Source of the DNA: a virus
DNA length: 64,000 nucleotides
Direction: 5' to 3' (one strand)
IMG/VR virus record: IMGVR_UViG_3300025520_000001
Coordinates: 1-64,000 of that record
The position numbers were made by a program, and so were the translations under genes. Under the pieces are notes generated by a model, which was given only the letters and a program-made list of their open reading frames with translations, searched no databases and was not told where the DNA came from. Below are positions 1-8,430 of the stretch, one piece after another; the first letter of the stretch is position 1, and every line of letters starts with the position of its first letter.

Positions 1-292
1 CCACTTCACTAAGCGGAATCAGCATGCCCTGCGACATCTGACCACGAATCTTGATCGAACGAATCCGACCCTTTTTGAGGGTGATCTTCGACCCAGGAGG
101 AAACAGGCGCTCCTCAAGTGAGTTAGGCAGAACGGAGTCGACCGGCACATAGAGAGCGAGTTCTCCAGGCTTGAAATTGCCCTTGCCTACGACGATTTGC
201 CAGCCTTGCACCGTCGCCAACTCGAGGCGATCTGCGTTGAGGTGACCGTTTATTGCCTGAATTTCAATGATTTCCACTCGATGTGTGCTCAT
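1..292 (-). CDS. RNA ligase-like protein, N-terminal OB-fold part (partial; gene runs off the left edge)
   Basis: ATG at 292-290, open to position 1. MSTHRVEIIEIQAINGHLNADRLELATVQGWQIVVGKGNFKPGELALYVPVDSVLP..IKIRGQMSQGMLIPL resembles N-termini of DRB0094-type phage RNA ligases (recollection only). Confidence 0.5.
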   Translation of the reverse strand, partial: MSTHRVEIIEIQAINGHLNADRLELATVQGWQIVVGKGNFKPGELALYVPVDSVLPNSLEERLFPPGSKITLKKGRIRSIKIRGQMSQGMLIPLSEV

Positions 293-449
293 GTCTTCTC
301 TTGTTCCTGTTGTGATGGAGTTTGGTTGCTAACCGCATTAATCTTAAATACAAATTAAATGGTAGTGGTTCACTAGCCAGCTTCAATTGGAGCATTATGC
401 TCAGGAATGACGCGACAGTTCGGTCGCTGATGAGGCGCTTGTGCTTCAT
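264..449 (-). CDS. small protein, LxLxS mini-protein family candidate
   Basis: ORF track 61 aa. FLSIMLQLKLASEPLPF fits the small-family motif. Overlaps the RNA-ligase start by 29 nt. Confidence 0.3.
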   Translation of the reverse strand: MKHKRLISDRTVASFLSIMLQLKLASEPLPFNLYLRLMRLATKLHHNRNKRRHEHTSSGNH

Positions 450-468
450 TGTGTCTTTGCGTCACGCC

Positions 469-960
469 CTACCGCGTTCGACCATCCAGTAGGGTATCGA
501 GGTGTCCCCACATGTCTTCCGCTTGCCCGGTCGTATACAGGGCCCGCTTGAAGTCCTCGTATTCCTTCTTGTACATGCCAACGAGATTGCCTCCCATCTC
601 AACGTTGGCAATACGGTCAGCCAGCTTAAGACGGATAGCATTCTCGCCACCCTCGCGAATCTTGGGGTACGTAAGCGCCGCTCGAGTCTTGCGATTCGGG
701 CCATCCTCATTAGTGACAGCATGTACCAGCCGCGCAACATCAGGACCAAACATCTCTTCAACTTCTTTCAACTTGGTCTCTGTGTCCTCGACGACATCAT
801 GAAGCCATGCTGCAGTAAGCATGGCTTCATCTGTGATGTTGAACCGTCGTAACACCTGCTCAACAGCAGCCAAATGGTGCGTATAAGCCAAACCAGAACC
901 GTAGTTCTGGCCTGTATGCTTCACTGCTGCAAAAAACTTAACGTGTCGAAGTGGGTCCAT
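469..960 (-). CDS. HD-domain (p)ppGpp pyrophosphohydrolase-like protein (RelA/SpoT HD_4 type)
   Basis: ORF 469..1026 starts at TTG; ATG at 960 preferred. Motifs THHLAAVEQVL and AAWLHDVVEDT. Confidence 0.7.
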   Translation of the reverse strand: MDPLRHVKFFAAVKHTGQNYGSGLAYTHHLAAVEQVLRRFNITDEAMLTAAWLHDVVEDTETKLKEVEEMFGPDVARLVHAVTNEDGPNRKTRAALTYPKIREGGENAIRLKLADRIANVEMGGNLVGMYKKEYEDFKRALYTTGQAEDMWGHLDTLLDGRTR

Positions 961-1073
961 TTTCTTTCTCGGAGTGCTGCTTGTCGTCATTAACTTCTTG
1001 CTGATTACGCTGATGTTCTTCGACAATTGTATCGAAGACCAGCTGGTTGCCCAGCATCTTCACTGGCTTTCCA

Positions 1074-1778
1074 TTAATTCTTAGTCTTCTTAGCAGGCGT
1101 TCCTTTGTCATCGACGTTTCCTCTCGGGCTGTGCGACAAAATGTACTGAACTGAAAGATTCTTCTGTAGCATGGGAATACCGATGTGGTCTACGAAGCCC
1201 AAGGACTTTGCCTGTTCAGCGTCTAGGTACAGATCCCTAGATTCGGTAAAGAGCTTCTTGAGTGCAGAAACTCCACCCTTAAGCTTGAGCTTCTTGGTGA
1301 GAAGCTTCATAATCTTCTCATTGAGCTTGGTTAGATTGGCGTGCTGAACATGAATGTCGTCAATGTGACCCGCAGCGCCAGAACTGATCTCATGAATCAT
1401 GACAGAGCTATATTCTGAAGCGAAACGCACATCTCCACACGCTAGGAGAATGGCTCCAGCACTCATCGCCTTACCGTGTGCACAGGTGATAATCTGGTTA
1501 GGAACCTGTTCCATTGCGCCAATCATGGTAAGGAGGGAATATGCGTCACCGCCGCCAGAGTCGATGTAGATGATAATCGGCTGATTGGGGTCTTGCTTGC
1601 TCTGATGCTGAATCTGCTTGACGAATGCTCTCGCCGTGTCCTCAGTGAACTTATTCACCCAAATCGGACCATCCTGGTCCATGATCTCAGGGATTTGCCC
1701 AACAACTGACACTGCTTCACCGTCCGCTTCATCTTCTTCGTGATCACAATCATTGCGCGTTTTCATGTTGAGCTTCAT
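1074..1778 (-). CDS. ClpP-family (S14) serine protease
   Basis: 234 aa. IIIYIDSGGGDAYS, HGKAMSAGAILLACGD (Ser), SSVMIHEISSG (His) match the ClpP/prohead-protease core. Confidence 0.8.
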   Translation of the reverse strand: MKLNMKTRNDCDHEEDEADGEAVSVVGQIPEIMDQDGPIWVNKFTEDTARAFVKQIQHQSKQDPNQPIIIYIDSGGGDAYSLLTMIGAMEQVPNQIITCAHGKAMSAGAILLACGDVRFASEYSSVMIHEISSGAAGHIDDIHVQHANLTKLNEKIMKLLTKKLKLKGGVSALKKLFTESRDLYLDAEQAKSLGFVDHIGIPMLQKNLSVQYILSHSPRGNVDDKGTPAKKTKN

Positions 1779-2081
1779 TTATTCTCCCAGTAAATCTTCT
1801 ATTGCTGCTTGTAATGTTTTACAATTTTTGCACGCCCCATGGTTAACGGGGTTTTCCACAAATTGAGTGCTGCATAACATGCACGGTCCACAAGCACAGT
1901 TGTCATGCAAACAGTATGTGCAGTCATAATGGTCGGCCCAAAGGTGACCACATGTTCCGCATGTATCAATCTGTGGGAGCGTCGTCACCGAGAGACCTTG
2001 GCCATTTCTTGTGCACCCTGTTTCCAACCTCGACCAGGAACATAGTTCCTGCATAGAATGCAAGCCCTGCCAAACCGGCAA
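1779..2081 (-). CDS. Cys-rich hypothetical protein
   Basis: 100 aa with many Cys/His (CGTCGHLWADHYDCTYCLHDNCACGPCMLC). Abuts the clpP-like start. Confidence 0.5.
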   Translation of the reverse strand: MPVWQGLHSMQELCSWSRLETGCTRNGQGLSVTTLPQIDTCGTCGHLWADHYDCTYCLHDNCACGPCMLCSTQFVENPVNHGACKNCKTLQAAIEDLLGE

Positions 2082-2098
2082 TCTTCGCTCGCAAAGAA

Positions 2099-2647
2099 TT
2101 AAACATCGCGGAAGATTCTCCCGCGGGCCTTCGCTTCTAAGAACCTGTCAACCTGACTCTTTTTGTCGTGTGAGATTTCGCGCTTCTTATCGTGTGCAAG
2201 CGCGAGGTCAAGGTCTTGATAGTCAGATTCTTCAACTCCGTCCTCAATCACCAAATGAACTGGACTGTGGCGAACACCATAGCCCGCTCGCTTTTTAGTG
2301 AGTCGCTTCATGAGCTGGCCAACACGGAATGTGAGGTGCTGATACACAAACGTACTTTCTTTAACCGACCGACCTTCCTTAGTACGATATTCGGGATTGA
2401 AGTTCTGAAGTGCGATACAGATTTCAGTGCGAAGATGTTGTCGAAGATCGGCCAGAGTATAGCCGGACGCGCCCAGCGGCATATCCGGGCCGCCTGTCTT
2501 GGCCTCGTTCCAGTTCTTCATACAGCTATCACGAATGAACTTCTCAACCATCGGCTCATATTTCACAACATCGTCATTAGTAAGCTTGCGACGCACAACA
2601 ACTTTCTCTTCAACTTCAGTCTCAACTTCATTGAACTCGTTTTCCAA
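2099..2647 (-). CDS. sigma-70 region-2-like / T4 gp55-like transcription factor (candidate)
   Basis: 182 aa. VVKYEPMVEKFIRD ... ICIALQNFNPEYR ... STFVYQHLTFRVGQLMKRLTKKR resembles sigma region 2.1-2.4 and gp55 (by eye). Confidence 0.45.
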   Translation of the reverse strand: MENEFNEVETEVEEKVVVRRKLTNDDVVKYEPMVEKFIRDSCMKNWNEAKTGGPDMPLGASGYTLADLRQHLRTEICIALQNFNPEYRTKEGRSVKESTFVYQHLTFRVGQLMKRLTKKRAGYGVRHSPVHLVIEDGVEESDYQDLDLALAHDKKREISHDKKSQVDRFLEAKARGRIFRDV

Positions 2648-3128
2648 AGGTTCTCCTCAGGGAATTAAATTGCTCAAGATACGTAGCTCGACCTTGGTCA
2701 TCGAGATCTAAGTAGTTTTTTGAAAACACGTGGATAAAGGCCTGCATAATAAACTCTGATAACAGCTTGTCATCAAGCTTAATTTTGCGGATAAAATCTA
2801 TAGTCTTGCGCTTTGTTGCCGCGCAACGACTACTATCCGTTTCATATTTGTGTACCAAACAATTCAACATATAATTCCACAGGCTTTCTGCGGAAGCGGT
2901 TACGGCAAACTTGTCTTGTGTGTCATCCCATCGCTCTTCGATTTGGGAACTCAACAAGTTATATAACTTCTTGTCTTCAAGAGTTTCAGTCAATTTAGAC
3001 GACTTGACAATCTCACATTGCAGTGTGATTTTGTCTGTGCGAGTTTCGCCGGGCAAACGCTTAAACTTCACGAGCGCTGGCTCTCTGGCATTTGCAATTT
3101 TAGTGAGACGTTCAAGCGGGGTCGACAT
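2628..3128 (-). CDS. hypothetical protein
   Basis: ORF track 166 aa; overlaps neighbours by 17-20 nt in a same-strand operon. Confidence 0.7.
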   Translation of the reverse strand: MSTPLERLTKIANAREPALVKFKRLPGETRTDKITLQCEIVKSSKLTETLEDKKLYNLLSSQIEERWDDTQDKFAVTASAESLWNYMLNCLVHKYETDSSRCAATKRKTIDFIRKIKLDDKLLSEFIMQAFIHVFSKNYLDLDDQGRATYLEQFNSLRRTFGKRVQ

Positions 3129-3852
3129 TAGTCACCTCATCAACAGAGTAGATAGGAAGGTCTTTGTCAACCATAATTTTCAACTTCAATAAGTTGATGA
3201 GGCCAATTTCAGCTCCACTCATGTAGCTATCAATCCACTTACCAACCTTCACGATTGTATCGGCGTTGCGAATCCGCCACTTATTATCGAGAATTAGTTC
3301 GGAAAGTAGTGCCTTTATTTCTGCCTCGGCTGAGTACTTGGTGGTACCGTTTACGTTTTGCAACCAGGCTGTACCTCGACCGGCCTGCATAGTGTTTAAT
3401 ACAGTAACAGCTCGTTCACGCATCCGCTTGCCCGACCAAACATAACTATTCATCTGGCGACTTGCACGGTCGACGGCAATTTCAAGCAGCTTCTTTTCCT
3501 CAATTTGAGGATTAATCTTTACGAGGTAAATACTGCCAACCATCGTTTTTTCAATGAAGTCAATCTCTAAATCATCAGAAACCTGCAACTGGAAGTGCGG
3601 CAATATATCAGCCATATACTGATATTCTTCCGAAGTGACAAGAGATCCCAACACAGCGCTCAGCGTTAACTCAAAAGACGTTTTTTGATACCACAACTTG
3701 TACTTTAGACGCTTAATGTCTTCTAGTTTAAGTTCTAACTTATCAGGCAGGCGTCCGAGCAATTCATTCTGCGGACTTACAACAATCTCCGTAAGTTGCG
3801 ACAAATAATCTAATTTTTCATAAGCTTCATCCCGAAGCGTACCCATTTGCAC
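3112..3852 (-). CDS. hypothetical protein
   Basis: ORF track 246 aa; GGAG 8 nt upstream of the ATG; CCGAA box at 3897. Confidence 0.75.
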   Translation of the reverse strand: MQMGTLRDEAYEKLDYLSQLTEIVVSPQNELLGRLPDKLELKLEDIKRLKYKLWYQKTSFELTLSAVLGSLVTSEEYQYMADILPHFQLQVSDDLEIDFIEKTMVGSIYLVKINPQIEEKKLLEIAVDRASRQMNSYVWSGKRMRERAVTVLNTMQAGRGTAWLQNVNGTTKYSAEAEIKALLSELILDNKWRIRNADTIVKVGKWIDSYMSGAEIGLINLLKLKIMVDKDLPIYSVDEVTNVDPA

Positions 3853-3922
3853 TCCAAAGGAACACGAATCAATATCCCTAGATGTCTAGGGATTGATTCG
3901 GATAAGAATACGGTTCTTACAA

Positions 3923-4330
3923 TTAATTGTCAGAGGGCGTCTTGATGGTGAACTCATCGGACGCCAACATCTGATTGACCAACTTGTCGAGATACCCCTC
4001 GTTCGGGTGCTGCTCCTGAACTTCCTTGAGGATCTCGGCGTATGTCGCGTGGGCCTTATCCTTGTCACGGATATTGATAGACAAGCAATATTCGCCCGTG
4101 TCATAGTTGTGAGCCTGGCCATTCGGCACAACCGGATTATAGGTGATGGTGATAGAGTATTCGTACTTCGGTTCCACCTTCTTGACAGGCGTCTTCTTAA
4201 CACCCTTCTTCTTGATGGCCTTCTTTAAAGCTTTCTGAGCTTCCGGATTGGCAAGAAATTCTTCAATTTTTACAGATAGCACTTTCTCGCAGGCCAGAAA
4301 AAACCTGCTAGTAACGATATGAATTGCCAT
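3923..4330 (-). CDS. hypothetical protein
   Basis: ORF track 135 aa; abuts 4332..4826. Confidence 0.7.
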   Translation of the reverse strand: MAIHIVTSRFFLACEKVLSVKIEEFLANPEAQKALKKAIKKKGVKKTPVKKVEPKYEYSITITYNPVVPNGQAHNYDTGEYCLSINIRDKDKAHATYAEILKEVQEQHPNEGYLDKLVNQMLASDEFTIKTPSDN

Positions 4331-4331
4331 A

Positions 4332-4826
4332 TTACGCGAGTCCTTTGGTGATTGATTGAATGTAGCTACTCAGCAACATTTCTTCTTCACCAGTGTTAAA
4401 GCGGATGGTGATCAGTGGATCGAATCCATCAGCGATGATGCTTTTTAGCACAGAGAGTTTCTCGAGCTCAAGCTCGTTGTGCTGCATAGCAAGCTCTGGC
4501 CCCAAGTTCTTATTGATTTTGGTCTGCAGTGCGGTAAGCTCAACTGCTCGACGAAGCCGTTCTTTGACGGAGGAGTCGTCGTCGATTGGATGTTGCTTTT
4601 GCGCACGCTTATGCAAGAGTTCTGCGAAAGTATTCTGAAGTGCTTCAGAGGCTTGTTTCTGCTGTTCGTATAACCCCTGCAAAGATGTTTCTACATCAGC
4701 TTTTGCCTTTTCGGCTACTTCTGCTCGCTCCTTCATAGAAAGATATCGAGCCCAAGCAATCAACGCTGCGATTATGGCAAATACACCAGACAAGAAGCAA
4801 AGCACATTGACAAGCAATTGCATCAC
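4332..4826 (-). CDS. membrane-anchored coiled-coil protein
   Basis: 164 aa; N-terminal hydrophobic helix LLVNVLCFLSGVFAIIAALIAWA followed by a charged helical region. Confidence 0.7.
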   Translation of the reverse strand: MMQLLVNVLCFLSGVFAIIAALIAWARYLSMKERAEVAEKAKADVETSLQGLYEQQKQASEALQNTFAELLHKRAQKQHPIDDDSSVKERLRRAVELTALQTKINKNLGPELAMQHNELELEKLSVLKSIIADGFDPLITIRFNTGEEEMLLSSYIQSITKGLA

Positions 4827-4859
4827 AACTCCTTTTATTTGTTGTTTATGATTTCTGAA

Positions 4860-5489
4860 TTATTCTACATCTAGATTATCGAGGAATGTTTCTGATTCAG
4901 TTGGAGACATTTCCTCGAGGGCCTTAATCAGTTCTTCAGAAGAACCAATCTCAGTCGCCTTTGACAAGACGTAGGTGTAAAATTCCTCGTCTGTGGTTTC
5001 AGTCTTCTTAAGCTTCTTTTTCCACGCCGCTAGCTTCTTCTTATCTACGTGATGGCGCCCGCGATTAAGTTCCGGTGGCACCATTCGAGTATTTGAAGCA
5101 GAGTATCCTTTCGAGTTGTCCTTCCGGTCCGGGGAAAGTACTTGTCCAGTTTTAGCTTCTGCAGCATGCGTCTGACGGATAATGGACTTGCGAGATCCAA
5201 GGCCAGAAGACTTCTTATGAGCGGTACCGTTTTTACCTTTTTGGCGTCTAAGGGCGTCGTCTGCCACTTTGTGCTCATGGAGATAGTGACCAACCTTTTT
5301 CTTATTAGAGGCTAGCTTCTTTAGACAAGAAGAGCAGCGCCCGCTAGGATTGCTCTTATTTTTCGAGGGCTTACCGCATCGAGGGCACGACTTAATCAAC
5401 TCTTCGATCTCTTCCTCGGCTGCAATGTCTCGCGCTGTCTTAAGTAACTGCTCTAACTTCTCTAGAACTGAAATGGTCTGGTCGGTCAT
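4860..5489 (-). CDS. Lys-rich zinc-ribbon protein, weak HNH_3-like C-terminal motif
   Basis: 209 aa. CPRCGKPSKNKSNPSGRCSSC; SPDRKDNSKGYSASNTRMVPPELN resembles D..DN...N..V...N of HNH_3 but lacks the first His. Confidence 0.55.
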   Translation of the reverse strand: MTDQTISVLEKLEQLLKTARDIAAEEEIEELIKSCPRCGKPSKNKSNPSGRCSSCLKKLASNKKKVGHYLHEHKVADDALRRQKGKNGTAHKKSSGLGSRKSIIRQTHAAEAKTGQVLSPDRKDNSKGYSASNTRMVPPELNRGRHHVDKKKLAAWKKKLKKTETTDEEFYTYVLSKATEIGSSEELIKALEEMSPTESETFLDNLDVE

Positions 5490-5505
5490 AGACCTTAATT
5501 ATACA

Positions 5506-5652
5506 CTATGGTGTATCCATATATCGGGCAATCACCATTTTAGCAACTCTATTTCGGTCTGTTGCAAACTTAAAAGCCAAAGAGCTGCATAAGCGCAGAG
5601 ACCGAAGGATGCCGAGTGCCCTGTATACTGAAAGTACTTCATCTGGAGGCAT
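5506..5652 (-). CDS. small protein, LxLxS mini-protein family candidate
   Basis: Internal ATG of ORF 5506..5706. MPPDEVLSVYRALGILRSLRLCSSLAFKFATDRNRV fits the family motif. Confidence 0.3.
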   Translation of the reverse strand: MPPDEVLSVYRALGILRSLRLCSSLAFKFATDRNRVAKMVIARYMDTP

Positions 5653-5702
5653 ACGATCCTTCGGTCTCTGCGCCCACTGCAAAACTTGACCCTTAGGCAC
5701 GT

Positions 5703-6125
5703 TCAATAGTTGATTGCGTCATCGATGTCGGCGAAGTAGTGAATGCCGGGAGCACACGCTTCGCTACTGAGCTCAAAAGTGCCCTTAGGCGTCACGATTT
5801 CGCCCGTTCGATAGACAAAAGAGTGATCATGACTACTATAACTGGGCTTGTAACACATGTCGCCTATGTATCGGCTAGCGTAGGAGTATGCGTAATTTAT
5901 ACCAAGGGAACGGTTCAGGTAGAACTGAGCCAGAACCAAAGCCTTTGAAGTCCTGCGCTTATTGGTTCGATCTATGCCGTCGAAAGCATTAACGTTGTAC
6001 TGTCCCATAATCTGGAGCATTACCAACACTTGACGAAGCTCACCTCGTTCGCTACGATACGTCTTCTTCCATCCAATGATGGGCTTCTTCAAGCCCATTC
6101 CAGCCGGCACTTGCTTAATCGTCAT
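5703..6125 (-). CDS. hypothetical protein
   Basis: ORF track 140 aa; C-terminal CAPGIHYFADIDDA motif seen in other phage proteins. Confidence 0.7.
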   Translation of the reverse strand: MTIKQVPAGMGLKKPIIGWKKTYRSERGELRQVLVMLQIMGQYNVNAFDGIDRTNKRRTSKALVLAQFYLNRSLGINYAYSYASRYIGDMCYKPSYSSHDHSFVYRTGEIVTPKGTFELSSEACAPGIHYFADIDDAINY

Positions 6126-6137
6126 AGCCTATCCTTA

Positions 6138-7541
6138 TTACTGCTTCTTGAAGGTGGCAGAATCGGGGATCTTGACGGTCTCGGAGCCGAACCGGCGAAG
6201 CGGGTGGTCAGACGTACCATCCTTGCTGATGACGAAGAGCGTCTGCGGGAACTTTTCGCCGGGCTTCATCCAGTCCTCGCAACGCACGTCACCGTAGCAG
6301 CCGTCGGTGACGATGATGGCCATGTCAGCCTTGTTAGTGAGGATTGACTTCATCACGGGTGTGAGGTCCGTACCACCGCTCTCGATGTCCTCACGCTTCA
6401 CCTTTGCACCCATCTTGTACTTGTCGAACTTGTAAAGCTGAGTGTGGAAGAAGCCGAGGTTGCACTTGCGTGAGCCGACTCGGAGGAACTGGTCAACGAC
6501 CTCGAGGAACCCGTTCAGCTCTTCGATGGAAATCGAGCCCGACGAGTCGAGGTAGATCTCGAGCTTCGGCAGCTCGCCGACCTTGGTGCCGCGGGCCTTG
6601 TTGCCGTAACGCTTGGACGGCCGCGTCCACGTAAAGTCACGGTCATGGCCACTCGCATGGCGCTTCATGGCCTGCATGATAAGTTGCTTGTAGTTGAGCT
6701 CAGCACGACGAGCCTTGATGTCTTCGAGCAGCTCCTTCACCGTGCCGGGCAGAGCATCGTAGTCAAGGCGAGCCTTAACCATCGCGCGCTTGGCCAACTC
6801 TTCAGTCGCATCGAGCATGTCCTTCTCTTCGACGGCGCCGTTGTCCCAGAGGTGCTCGTCGATGGTCTGCGGCAGGTCACCAGTGTCCGCGCCGCCGCCA
6901 GCATTGCCATCATCATGACCATTGCCGTCATCGGGGTCCTGGAAGCGCGTTAGGAGCTTTTCGTAGTAGTGCTCCATCGTCTGATTGGCCTTCCACGGGA
7001 TTCGCGCCTTGGTCTTGTCGTCGATATCGTAGAAGTCACGCAGGAAGATGCCGCGGCCTGGGCACATCTCGTTGGGGCACTTGACCGGGTGATCTGGGTC
7101 ATATGGCGTGCACTGCGGGCACCCATCGGGGATGTTCTTGATGAACTGGTTGATGGCCATGTCAGCGGCGATGTTCATCAGGATGCGCTTGCGGGGCGAA
7201 ATCTTGAGGAACGGCACGCGGAGGGGGTGCTTGTGCAGAATATGGCTCAGCTCGTGCAAGAGCACAGCCTTGCGCTGATCGCCGTTCAACTTCTTGCAGA
7301 AGAAGTACGGGTTGATGAGCATTTCCCAGTGCTTGGCATCCGTGTTGAACAGGATGCCGGCCGTGGGAATCTGATGGCTGTAGTTGATCGTGAGGCTCTG
7401 CAAGACAGCGCCCATGAACTGGTGCGTCTTGGTGCAGCACTCATAAATCACAGTAGCCAACGCCTGGCTCTTGAGCTCAACGCTCACGAACTCCTTATCG
7501 AGGAGGTCCTTTTCCAACTTGCCGCGAAGTCTTGATGACAT
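6138..7541 (-). CDS. VWA-domain protein with N-terminal zincin-like domain (DUF2201-type MoxR partner)
   Basis: 467 aa. HExxH LLHELSHILHKH; MIDAS-like IYLDSSGSIS. GC-rich gene with spurious antisense ORFs. Confidence 0.75.
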   Translation of the reverse strand: MSSRLRGKLEKDLLDKEFVSVELKSQALATVIYECCTKTHQFMGAVLQSLTINYSHQIPTAGILFNTDAKHWEMLINPYFFCKKLNGDQRKAVLLHELSHILHKHPLRVPFLKISPRKRILMNIAADMAINQFIKNIPDGCPQCTPYDPDHPVKCPNEMCPGRGIFLRDFYDIDDKTKARIPWKANQTMEHYYEKLLTRFQDPDDGNGHDDGNAGGGADTGDLPQTIDEHLWDNGAVEEKDMLDATEELAKRAMVKARLDYDALPGTVKELLEDIKARRAELNYKQLIMQAMKRHASGHDRDFTWTRPSKRYGNKARGTKVGELPKLEIYLDSSGSISIEELNGFLEVVDQFLRVGSRKCNLGFFHTQLYKFDKYKMGAKVKREDIESGGTDLTPVMKSILTNKADMAIIVTDGCYGDVRCEDWMKPGEKFPQTLFVISKDGTSDHPLRRFGSETVKIPDSATFKKQ

Positions 7542-7580
7542 TTAGTGTCCTTTGCTATGAAACATCTGGTGATACATCAC

Positions 7581-7592
7581 ATTATATTCGGA
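7581..7592 (-). promoter_or_regulatory. promoter-like box TCCGAATATAAT
   Basis: Minus-sense TTATCCGAATATAATGTG lies 40 nt upstream of the ATG at 7541 and contains a perfect TATAAT. Confidence 0.5.
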
Positions 7593-7599
7593 TAAGAAT

Positions 7600-8229
7600 T
7601 CAGCCTTCGTCATCATAGCTGCTGTCATTGTCGGGATCAGTTCCGAACAGCTTGACGCTTGCTTCCTTGATGAGTTGTTTCTGGTTCTTGGCGAGATGAT
7701 GCTTAATAGTCTCTTTCAAGAAGGTTTGGGCATGTTCATACACAGCAGTACGCATGCTTGACTGAAGCTCCCGCTTGAACATATCCCTTACTTCTTTAAG
7801 CAGGTTCTTCTTAGTATCCTTCAAGATGTCTGCTAATTCTTGCTGAGAAAGCAGCGTGTCCAGTTCTTGGGTGATCATAGCCTGGACTTTAGATGAAAGG
7901 TAGCTGGTCATCATCGACTGTCGACCGTTACAGTGGTCGATCTCCCAGCCATTACTCCATCGATTCTCGAAGCCAGCAATCTTCAGAACATTCGAGGCCA
8001 AAGTGCTCTTGAAGCCACGCGTGATTTCCTCGTAAGCCTCGTTTGCGAGACGATTCATGTCATTCTGAAGAAGTTTATCGACACCTTCTTCAAGAAGAGT
8101 GGCCTCTACGACAGCATCATCTTTGAGCTCGGTCGCGACCAATCCCTTCTTGGTCTTCTTGATTTCGATAAGTTTCTCATCGAGCTTAACAACAGTTCGA
8201 CTGTTAAGTGCTTTAGGCTTGTCGGTCAT
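7600..8229 (-). CDS. hypothetical protein
   Basis: ORF track 209 aa; lies between the MoxR and VWA genes. Confidence 0.75.
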   Translation of the reverse strand: MTDKPKALNSRTVVKLDEKLIEIKKTKKGLVATELKDDAVVEATLLEEGVDKLLQNDMNRLANEAYEEITRGFKSTLASNVLKIAGFENRWSNGWEIDHCNGRQSMMTSYLSSKVQAMITQELDTLLSQQELADILKDTKKNLLKEVRDMFKRELQSSMRTAVYEHAQTFLKETIKHHLAKNQKQLIKEASVKLFGTDPDNDSSYDDEG

Positions 8230-8256
8230 ACGTTTCCTTAGTTGGATTGCTAACTA

Positions 8257-8341
8257 CAAAACCCCACCAAGTGACCTGTGATTGCACAGTACGCTGTTTC
8301 TAATGACAGTCGTAGCAATCTTAAAAGGTCACTTGGTGGGG
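8257..8341 (-). terminator. long-arm hairpin with T-run (terminator-like)
   Basis: Perfect 15-bp arms 8262-8276 / 8327-8341 (ccccaccaagtgacc) with a 50-nt loop. Minus-sense GGGGTTTTG follows. Confidence 0.45.
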
Positions 8342-8430
8342 CTATTACAAGTGTAGAAGCGAAGCTGGTGATTGCCGTAACGGTGCGTCACTTAAGAGGC
8401 ATGTTAAAACAATCTTAAACAGCTTGCTTC

